This document shows positions 13,901 to 25,900 of a DNA stretch of 64,000 nucleotides, one piece after another. The stretch lies in NCBI GenBank assembly GCA_965637545.1, contig OZ281499.1, forward strand, positions 15,252,001-15,316,000, given 5' to 3'. Position 1 is the first letter of the stretch. The number at the start of each line of letters is the position of its first letter. Made by a program: the position numbers and the translations under genes. The DNA comes from Phallusia mammillata. Its lineage: Eukaryota. The notes beneath the pieces were generated by a model, which saw nothing but the letters and a program-made list of their open reading frames with translations, did no database searches and was not told the DNA's origin.

Positions 13901-16900
13901 CCACATTCATCTCTGGCGTCCACCACCGCACGACAACCAGGTTTGTCGGTACAATCAATTGTGGCTTCCTTCGGGCAATCATCCGGACATCTGCATTGTT
14001 TCTGCGGACATTCTGTTTCGGTGTAGGCTTCAACTTTGGGAGCAATGCAAACTAGGTCTTCATTGGGATCGGGTGGACAAATGCATGCATATGTTGTGCA
14101 ACACTCTCCACCACCTCGTGAACTACTAAGAACCTTATTTCCTGTGCAAACTGGCGAGGCATCACAAAGATCCAAGTCACAAATGCAAGAGTAAGATGGA
14201 CAACATCCGTTGTCTTCACTGTCACGACTGGATTTATATCCTGTTTCACAGACTGGATAAGTTGAAGTGCAATTGGGATTGGTTCGGGCATTTGGATCGC
14301 AAATCTTTTCGTATTCTTGACAACACTCGGAAGCTGGAGATTTGGGAATAACTATTTCAGCTATTTCCAGTTGACTTTCTAATTCTTCCTTTGTCACATA
14401 ATCTTCACCACATTCTGGACACACACATTTGTATGAGGGGCAGCAAACGAAATCCAAATCATCGGCCGGACCGGGAGAAGACTTAATGACTTTTGGATAT
14501 GGACAAGCTGCTTTAAATGCTGCGTACTGCGGGCAATTGGCAGGTAATTGACCAGGTGGATAGCAAATACATTTACCCAAACAGCCAGACGTGTCGTACA
14601 CAGGATTTGGTACCTGGCCTGGTAATGTACAAGTTCCATCAGGAGAGGGTTTGACTTGTGGTAAATCGTATTCATCTGGATATTGGTTTGGATCACACAC
14701 ACAAGATTGGAGTGGGCAACATTCATTATCTTCGTTTTCTGACTCCGATAACTTTTTGTATTCTGGACAAGAATCAATCTCTCCTTCGCATACGACACCA
14801 ACACAAGTGCAGTCGTATGAATAACAACATTTGTCGTTATGGGAACCAGAATCTGTTGGTGGATACGTTTGAAGAGCTTTATAGTCGCAGTCTGGAGCTG
14901 AAGGACAAGCAGCATCATTACAAACGCACTCATATTGAGGACAACATTCTGTTTCATCATTAGTTCTCTGACGTATATAACCAACTTCACAAGTAAAGTC
15001 GGACCACTGATCACATTCTTCTTGTAGTTCAAGTTTCGGTTTGCAAACACAACTTCCCTTAGGACAACATAGATTTTCGTCATCGGCCGAATATTCAGTG
15101 ACAAATTTCTTGTATTTTCCACACGGTAGAGATGGAGATGTGTAATCTGGACACGTCGTAGGTCGACATTGATAGACATTGCAATCTGCATCACATTCAT
15201 ATGTTCCGGGAATCGATTTGGTTGTCGATAATTCATGACACTTGGCACATATAGGAGGATCTGGACAAAGCTGTGGATCGGTAACACATTCCCACGATTC
15301 AACACAACCACACTCAGCAGCAGATACGTAGTTTAGTTTCACTTTGCATCCAGGACTATGTGTGCAGTTGGCATCAACATGTGGACATTCGCAAACACAT
15401 GTTGGTTTGGGACATTCATCTTCAGTGTACTTTATAACTTCATACGTCCCGTTGCAGTTTGGTTCGTCGTACTCGGGACATACACATTTTACTGCAGGGC
15501 AGCAATATCCCGGGTTGTCTTCATATCGTGGTACTTTTTGACCTTTGCAAGTCGCGGTTGGGCAAGGATTATCTCGATAGTAAGCTTGGAGCGTTTTGCA
15601 GTTAGGATTGGTTTCGTTATCGTGTTCAGGACAAATGTACACTCCACATCCGTCCTCGGTTGGACTCGACTTGCCCGGGTAAATCTCACCGCCAGTAACA
15701 GGATGTCTGCAAATCGGGCAGCAATCTGAAAGGCATTACCGCTTAGTTAGTAAAATTGGTACAAATGTAAGTCCGAACGTTTTCATAGGCATACTTACAG
15801 CATTCGTCAGTGAAGTTTGGACACAAACAATTATCGACGCCGCTAGAGACTGGGGCATAATTGGGTCCCTCCTCGCAGACTGGTGGCTCAGGACATTCAC
15901 AACCTATAATTTAAATAATTAGACGTTAAAAGAATGACATAAGTTACAAAAAGTGGATTTTTCTCACATTCTTCCACTACACAAGCCAGATTGTCTTTGC
16001 TTCGATAAACGTAACCGTCAGGACAGGTACACGTCGACACTGTGGCCGGAATACACGCATCAGCCTAAACAAGTTGTATAATAAAACCGTGCAACAATTT
16101 TGTAAACAGTTAAAGTGAAGTACTAACCTGACTTGATGTAACATCCTCGCACGTCTTAATAGCATCGCAACTGTTAATGCATTCCTTAAAAACCTCATGG
16201 GCTTCGCAAGTTTCATCACCTTTTAAGACAAATAAAAGCGTTAATAATAATATATTGCCAGTAATCGAAAACGTATATTGGCAGTAACCCTACCTTCGTC
16301 ACAGTCCAGCTTCTTTACGTAATTCTCGCAAAACCCATTGTTTTGACAGTGAGTAATGTGTTGCTGGATAAATTTCGATGAACAAACATTGCATTGGGCT
16401 TCAATTGCTTCTGCGGTGTCATTCTCGTAAAAACATTGTTCCTCATAACACATTGACTTTAATTCTGAGCGGTTTCCGGCCGCATTGCAGGAGTCTAAAG
16501 ACAATTGATAACTTTCTCAACAATACTAATAGTTAGAACCCACAATGTCATATCATAACAATAACGAAAAACTGCATTTTAAGCACATGTCAATTACAGT
16601 TAATAGTACTTGTAATAAACTTTTAATTGTTGCCATACGTGTTTGCTTGAAAAAGTATAGTTACCAAACAGTGGGTCGTCAAGAGCATCACATGGGTCGC
16701 TGTATCCGAAGTACGAGCAATTTCGACATACAATGCACGGACTGACTGTTTGACATCTTTCCTCTTCACAAGTGTCGCCATATCCACATGGAGGAAGACA
16801 AGTTGAATCTTGTTGGTAATCCGTTGTGATCAGTTCCCCGATTGAAGGACATTCAGTCTCCGGACCACCGTTGCAATTTCCTGTTGAGATTACCTTAGTC

Positions 16901-19900
16901 AACCAAGTTTTTCATAAACTTTTTTATCCGTGGTATACCCTTGTACGGGGAAAAAGGGGCAACCCCAACTACCTAAAATGTAATGACCGTCTGGATCCTA
17001 ACTATACGTAACTACAGTACATGCCAATTTACTTCATGATTTCACAACTTATTTTTAATCGGGGCGAGTAAAAGAGTGGTCATTACACAATACTTTAATA
17101 AAATATGGTAAGTGATGTATTGGCTGGCTGGCTTGCACAGACCACTAGGTCAACAAAAAATTCTGTATGCCACAGCCACCACAAGTTCTATATCAAACAC
17201 TAAAATCTCGTGCCTCACTTTGAGATCTCTTACGGTGGAAGGTACCACGGTACGCAGGTTGAAAACTGATCTAACTGCTGGTTAACTGGTACTTACCACA
17301 TAATCCAGTGGTTCCAGTCGCCCGCACTGTTAAATAGATATCGATTGTTCCAATGGCGTTAGTAACTCGCCCAATATTAGGATTCCGGTAATACACTATC
17401 GTTTCTTCCTGCTTTAGCCAGATGAGCAGAAACGCGACATATCTCACATCGTTTCGAGTCACAAAACCCCGGTAAACTTTGACATGGTATTCATTATAAT
17501 TTGAGAGCTCGTTTCCATTCAACAAAACCTGTTTTAAGTAGAACTAGAATGATAAAAGGATGTTTTAAGTAGAACTAGAATGGTGACTTTTATAATTTTG
17601 CCAAGAAATAAGATGCATGGGTGTTTACGATCAACAGTGTTATTCAGTATTTCACTTTTAATGTCGAAATTTTATACAAAATCAAAAACTTTTTAAGGTT
17701 GAGAAAAACACTTACAATTGGTGTGCAATTGGCTTTGAAAGTTTGCGAACTATGAATCTAAATTCTCGGTAACGTACGACATTCAAAGTTAAATTCCAGC
17801 CTACCTCTCCGGACGTTGTAAAAAGTTCAAATTGGTTTGCCTTGTATCGGATAGTTAGCTTTTTGTAGCATTTCTGGTTGGATGTGTATATATCATTTGG
17901 ATATATTTGGTAGCAAAGACCCTGCTCCACAAGCACCTCAAAACGATCGCTGTCAATGTCCTGTGGAGAAAAAGAACTAATTAATCAATTAATGTTGTAC
18001 TAAACAAGTTACAAACCTTTGATAACAAAAAGGTGCAGTTCCCAACTAGATTAAACCGATTCCGACATCGATAGCTCCCGGCAAAATTTGTATTTAGATC
18101 CTTACATTTACCTAAATAATTGTTAGTATGTATGAAGTGTGTTTTAGTGGCGAATTTTAAGTCTGTATGGGCTATTGGTAATGTAACGCAACTTGTGCTT
18201 CAATACGAGCAACAAAATTAGGGTAAACTATCGCAACCTAATCGGTTAAACCTAATAGCGAACGACAACAACACAAAACAACAATATTTATAATGAAACT
18301 ATTTCACGCAGGCAAATTCACAACAAAAATTACCTCAGGTTGGGCAATGTTCTGCCCACCCAGAATAAATGTAAAATTATGGTATGTACAACTTAAAAGT
18401 AAAGTTCCTTACAGACACATTTATATTCGTCACAACACGATGAATTCGATACAAGGACCTTCTCTTGATCTTCAATGCATGTTACGTTTTCACAGGTCTT
18501 TTCCACTAAACAAATGCAGAAACTTAGTTAATAACAGAAAAACATATATAAAGATCAAAATATAGTTTGTTACCGCATTGATAGACGGGGCCACAGCACG
18601 TATCATTGCTCACGAGTTCTTTATCTTGACAATCTCCGCATGTAACTTCATCTTCGCATTCGAACTTTTCTTCCCTTACAGTTTCAGGACACTGGTTCGC
18701 TTCACGTTGGACGACTTTAATTGTGTAGCATTCGGGATTCTCCGGGTAATCGTATTCATAACCCACCTTTATTGGTATTTTTTATTAATTTACAATTATG
18801 TTATACTTTTCAGTACACACAGTACGCCAAGGCTTCATGTGTTTCCATATATAACAAGTTTGAAGTTTTTGGAGTTGCAGCAAAAGTTGAAGTAACGGGC
18901 AATTTGCACAAAAGTTAACGCAAGTTTATTGGCTGTAAATTTATGACGGTCATAAACATCGCAGAGAAAAATTTAGTTTTAAAAAAAAAACTAATAACAA
19001 TACCACTTACTGTCTGCAGTGTTTCGTTGACAACGTAGTATTTGCACTCTGTAAACATTCAAAAGTTACTTATTAGAACTACAGGCCTACTGATCACAGC
19101 AAAAACGTTTACCTATTAACACTGCGACATGTAATAAACGGACGAACTTACCGCAGTAGTATGACTTGCAACATGGATCTTCCTGAATGGAGTTTTCTAC
19201 TTGCACATATCGTTGGTCCGGACAGGCTTCAGGGTCTTCACAAGGTTTGTACCCGTCAAACTCAGACTCGTAAAAACTTGATGTATCGTTGTAAAGGCAA
19301 GTGTATTGCGAGCAGTCATCAACCCAGGTGGCGTTTGGCTACAAATATTTGTGTTTTTGTAGTGGCGTTCAATAACATTCGTTTGAAAAATTTTATGTTA
19401 ATTTTAAATATCAGACCACTGGTAAAACTGAAGGTTAAAACAAACAAATTACAATTTGTTTTGAATTTTTTTAAAAGAGAATCATCTTTCAGCTACCATT
19501 TTAGAAAAAAAGGTGCCCAAGGACGTTAAAGCACGTTTCTTTCTCAGTGTTTAATCACATTATAAGTTACCTTATAAGACTCTCCGCGATAGATGCATCT
19601 TGCACTTTCTGTGGAAAAAAATCACATAATCGTTTTTCAAATGCAACCAACTTTTGTATGTACAGTAACGTTTCAAAAGTACAAACTTACTGCACTCGTA
19701 TTTGTCACAGCACTCTTTAATTCCGTCAGCCTTTTTCACCAAAACTACGTCGGCTGCAGGAGGACAAATCTTACTCGGACAAGTGGTGTTGTCACAAACT
19801 GTAAAAAAACATATTAGAATATACCATCACAACATACATTTTTTCTAAACACAGGGGTTTGTTTGCTCCGTTATTGCAGACACGTTTTAAGAGGACTTAG

Positions 19901-22900
19901 CATTTTAAGTAGTGTGGTACAAAATATGGCAAAAAACAGAAGCCGAAATGTTTCCTGCAAACAGTACAAGTGTGTTCGTTTGTTGGAATATTACCTATAA
20001 TTTTACCTAGCCCTACATACAAATACACACACCGCAATCGTAGTCCCAACAACAGGGTTGTGTTGTTTGCCAGGTATTCTTCATGACCGTTCGATAGAAT
20101 TCCCCTTCACAAACGTAGCTACAACTTTGCTCAAAGCACTTAGTAACCATTACAGCCTTATCGCCTTCTTCGACACATGTTCGCGTGCAACATTCGTCCT
20201 CATACTCGTAGCTTAGACTTCCCTGAAGCCAAACGGTATATATCAAATAAGGTTTGCTTTAGAATTTTTAAAAGCTAAAAACACGGTATGGTTATGATGT
20301 ATCACCATCGAGCTCATTGCTATAATGCTATTTCGTTTTAAAAACATTTTAGCTGGTACAAAAATAGTTTCAACAATACGTACCGTAAATGGCGATCCTT
20401 CTGGGTCTACACATGGTGGTTTCACTGCAAAAAACAGCAAATGTTACAACAATGTAATCAGCTTGAACGTAAGTTAAAACTGCGTATGTAACAAAACAAA
20501 AAGTAAGCTAAAAGTCAAAATATAAGCTTACCACATTGATAAAGCGGACAACAGTCGCTGGTTCCGTTTTGCTGTCCGAGGTACGTTCTGGATTCGTGTT
20601 TAGCACAAGTCAAGTCATACCAATGTAAGCACAGATCCGCTAATTCCTCGTTCGGTTTACATTCGCATTTGGTCTGAGGACAGCACTTGTTGCTATCTTC
20701 GTCGTCGTATAATGATACTTCCTGTTGATACTCAGCGCATGGCAACGCAGGGGAATCATAGGTTGGACACGGGTCTTTTTGGCATTGGTACTTGGGACAA
20801 GTTGAGTTGCAATCACCAACAACTATTACTGTGTCAACTTGATGAACGGAATAACACGATGGGCAATCGGGGGCTTCATCGCAAGGTGCTGGATCTCCAA
20901 TACAGGTTGAGTTTATTGCACATCCACATTCATCTCTAGCGTCGACGACCGCACGACAACCAGGTTTATCGGTACAATCAATTGTAGCTTCCTTCGGGCA
21001 ATCATCGGGGCAGTGACAGTATTTTTGTGGACAAACTGTTTCGGTGTATGCTTCGACTTTCGGTGCAACGCAAACAAGATCTTTATTAGGGTCTTCGGGA
21101 CACACGCATTCGTATGCTAGGCAGCAACTTTCATCGACTGTACTGTCGTTGGTCAGTATCTTGGGAGTGTCACATTCTGGTGCCGATGGGCAAAGGCTCT
21201 GGTCGCATATGCATGTGTAAGATGGACAGCATTCAACATCTTTGGGACTTCGTTGCAACTTGTATCCATATGAACATGATGGAATGTATTGGAAACAATA
21301 CTCGCTTGATGCCGCGTCGGGATCACAGATTAACTGATATTCCTGGCAACACTCAGCTGCTGGCTCCTTCGGAACGACTATATGTCCTGGTCCTCGTGTT
21401 TTATTTAAATCTTCTCTTGATAGATAATCTTCTCCGCATTCGGGACAAACGCATTCGGCAGCAGGGCAGCATATATAATCCAGATCATTTTCTGGAGCAG
21501 GAATATTTCGCACAACCTTCGGATCTTTGCAGACTTCGACAAGTACCTGATACTTCACACAATTGTCCAACAAATGCTCTTCAGGGTAACACTCGCATTT
21601 TGGCACGCAGCCAGATGGGTCATAGACTGGGGCCACTTGTTGACCTGGAAGTGAGCATTCTCCATCCTCGTTTGGCTTATACGGAGAAACAGTTAACTCG
21701 TATTGATATTGGCTTGGATCGCAAACACATGTGTACATAGGACAACATTCATTTGACTCATCTTTGCCAGATTGTATCTTTTGATATCGTGGGCACTCAT
21801 GTGGCTTTCCAATACAGATCACTCCTTCACATGTACAGTTGTACGAATCGCAACAGACTTCTTGATGAGATCCAGTGGCTGTGGACGAAGGCGAAGTGGT
21901 GACTAGCTGCTTGTAGTCACAATCGATTGGTTGGGGACACGCGTCCTCGTTACAAACACACTCGTACTCTGGACAACATTCATCTTCGCGATTAGTTCTT
22001 ATGGCCACATAGTCGTCATCGCATTCAAAATTCCACTGGGGACATTCCCTTTGCAGATCAGGTACAGGTTTACATATGCATTCGGCCTTTGGACAACAAA
22101 GATCGCTGTCGCTAGGATCATACTTGGTTACCACAATCTCATACTCAGGACAAGGTAAAGTTGGAGAAAGGTACGGCGGACAAGTTCTGGGTGTGCATTG
22201 ATAGACATTGCAATTCGCATCACATTCGTAGGTCCCAGGAACAGAACTGGTTGTCGATAGTTCTTGACATTTGCTACATATAGGAGGATCTGGACAAAGC
22301 TGTGGATCGGGGACACATTCCCACGATTCGACACAACCACAGTCAGTAGAAGATGCGTAGTTAAGTTTTACTTTACATCCTGGACTGTGTGTACAATTGG
22401 CATTGATAGGTGGGCAATCACAAACACATATGGGCTTGGGACATTCTCCTTCGGTGTACTTAACTACTTCATACTTCTGCGTGCAGACTAGTTCGTCATA
22501 TTCCGGACAAACGCAAATCTTATCGGGGCAACAATAACCGGGCTGGTCGACGTATTTGGCAATCTTCTGGCCTTCACAAGTTTGCGTTGGACATGTGTTG
22601 TGCTGGTAATAAGCCTGATAGGTTTCACAGTTGGGGTTGGTAGCTGCGTTGTATTCTGCACAAACGTAAACACCACAACCATCCTCAGATGGAACTGTTG
22701 TTCCCGGTTCTATAGGCCCGTTGTTGACAGGGTTGCGACATCTTGGGCAGCAAACTGAAAAACAACAACATATTGTACGTTGAACCTTTAACAAATTTTA
22801 TAAGTCTTCGTTGGGACAGCAATGCTATGTTGTGGGTCACAGTGCTTTCGATGTCAAGCTGTCAGTCACTGGAATCCGGACTGGAGGTTATGACACATTT

Positions 22901-25900
22901 GTACGAAATATGGTGGTAAAAATGTGTTTTATAAAATTAGTTATTTCCTAAAGAAACACATATCGACCACAACCTAATTAAGAAGGGAAAGTATGATATT
23001 TTGCCTTGCCTGCTATGGGGGAAAATGCACATTTTAGGTCCCGTAAATCGGTGTTTTAAATCAAAACCAATTTGCATCAAGTCACAACTTAAATTTTTGT
23101 CTGCAGTCTACGCCAGTGATTTTCAACCGCGGTGTTCCGCGGAACACTAGTGTTCCGTGAAAGATCGTCAGGTGTTCTGCGAGAAATTTGCTTGTTTGAA
23201 TAGATGAGGTTTTTTATCCGTTTTAGTGATTACGTGATGTGCGATTTAGCGTTTTAGTGTCACCCTGAGCCTAGTTGTTTTATTCTTATTGTATCGTTTG
23301 ATGTTCCGCAAAATTATTTTAATGCATAAAGTGTTCCGTGGCTCATAAAAGGTTGAAAAACACTGGTCTACGCTACTAGTTCGCAGTTAGAAATCCGTAT
23401 TTTCCGCGTTTATACAGTAGGATGAAAATAACTTTTTTATGTGTACTGTGTTTCAACCATTATTGCTTACCGCAAATAGCCCTGTGTACAGGACAACCGC
23501 AATCATCTACACCATCTTGTACAGCGACATAGTTAGGTCCTTCCTCGCATACAGGAGGTGACGGACAGCTACAACCTGAAGAACACACCACCATTTAGCA
23601 TTGTTGTAAAAATTGTGTTTTGGGAAATGTTCGTCTTACATTCCTGCTTGACACATGTTTGATCTGTTTCGCTGCGAAATACGTATCCTTCGGGACATGC
23701 ACATCCGGACACAACAGTCTCTGCGCAAATGCTTGACACCTAAAACAACAAATTTTGCACTGAGAATGATATATTCACTACAGTTACAGACGGAGCAACC
23801 ACTAAAATGGTTTCCATTTGCAGTTGAAGCAATTAAGCTCGGTGAACATTAGAAACTTACTGTGGTAGAAACGATTCCATCACACGTCTTTCTGGCCTCG
23901 CAATCATCAATGCAGTGTTGATATTCTTGTATACCAGGACATACTTCTCTACCTGTAAAAGATAAGAAAAACGTCAAATCACATTCAGTTCACAACTAAA
24001 CAATACCGTTTATAATGAAGACACACTAAATCATTTTAAAGTGGTCCTGCAATTCAAGCCCAAACCCGAATCGTTTTTCCAAAGCCTGTTTACGCCGAAA
24101 GTTTTGTTGATAGGCCCATAATAATAAAGACATAAATGGCCCAAAGACGTTTTAGGGCCGTTAATCATTAGGTTATAGCCTGCAACCAGCTACTAACCCC
24201 GCTTATATTTTAAAACATTACTGACACAGAATGCGAAGCCAGGCCCAAGTCAAGTCCATTTGTAAAAAAAACAAAGCCAGGTCCAAATCAAGTCCATTTG
24301 TAAAAAACCAAAACCTGACTTATAACTCTGCACTAAACAGGGTCGAACTAGGACAACAGAGCAAAAGAACGTGTGGCACAACTTACCAGTGTCACACAAA
24401 AACGTTTCCTGATAGTTGTTGCAGTGACCGTTCCCTTGGCACTCCGCTATGTGCTGTTGGAGAAACTGTGACGAGCAAACGTTGCACTGAGCCTCCACAG
24501 CAGTTGTGTTGTCGTTCGATGAAAAACATTGAGATTCGTAACACTGCTCGTACAGTGCGGTCATGTTCACACCTTCATGACAGGCGTCTACAATTTGACA
24601 AGCAAAGTAGTTAAAAAGATATGTTCCAAATAATGTCAAGATTGACAGTAATTATTTTTTATTGCGTAATTACTATAGTTGTTGCAAAGTTACTTATAGT
24701 CGACATTGTAAGACAAAAAGCTTACCAGTTCATACAAATATCTCAAACAAATAACAATAAGTTGCAGGCAACAGTTACAGTAGCGCCCATATGGTCAAAC
24801 CTGGAAATCGAAATAAGTCCTACCAATAATCTATGCATCATTAAAGCAGAACAGACAGGGTTCATGGAACAGATAAGGCTTGATCACAAGAAAATGACAA
24901 ACAAAATGTTCCAACGATAGGTTTTTGATTGCACAAGAAAAACAACAACATACATTAGAGTGGTACGATACATAAAAATGTGATTTCATTACACAAGTTT
25001 AAATTAGTACTAATATTACTATTTTGTATTACTTCAGCAGTTTCAACAAACCCTAAAGCTAATAGTTTAATAAGGCAGCAAAAAGTATAAACCCATACCA
25101 AAGACAGGATTTTCCAGGGCAGCACATGGGTCGTTGAGTCCAAATTCTGTGCAGTTTTGACACACTATACATGGACTGATATCCTTACATCGTTCCTCTT
25201 CGCAAGTGTCACCATATCCACATGGTGGCAAGCAAGTTGAGTCTTGTTGATAATCTGTTGTCACCAGTGGGCCAGTGGATGGACACTCGTACTCAGGTTG
25301 TCCGTCGCAATTTCCTGAGCGAAAATATTTTGCGGTATTAGGCTGATCGTTTTATGACCTCAGTGTCCAGAATTACACATGTATGCGTATGTATGGGCTA
25401 CTTAGCAGAGGTCAGCAACACTTCAAACGCAGTGGGCCAATTTGTTATTTTAAAATAGTAATGACTTCGATATTTTGTATCCGATGTATCTTTTTGTGAT
25501 TTTTGTCTGGTTCATAGGTTATTTCAGCGTTGCGGAGCCCCTGCTCTACAACATTTTGGAGTTAAATAATATGGATTTTAAATTGTGCAAAACTATGATT
25601 AATATGAAAGCAGTTAAGATGAACATAAATTCATAACTGGGATCAGCCCTGAAGCGTCTATGCAGACCAGCGATCACGGCACACTCATAAATAAATCACA
25701 GTACGCCAGGCCCATTGAAGGCGCTATACCGAATCAGCCGGTCACCAAGCATTCACCACCATATGGCAAGGCGTAGGCTAGAAAAATCTAGCCTGCGGTG
25801 GGATTCGAACCGACGACAGGAGTCTTTCCGGGACTCGCGCTCTACCAACTGGCGATCCCCTACTACGAAGCTGACATGTGCAGCATACGAGGCAGGCAAC

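Noticed and set aside
5673-22682. Many 60-300 aa alternative-frame and antisense ORFs (e.g. 8211-8900, 14394-15311, 21114-21740)
   Set aside because: They overlap the Cys-rich giant exons, recur because those exons are duplicated, and show no independent domain signal.
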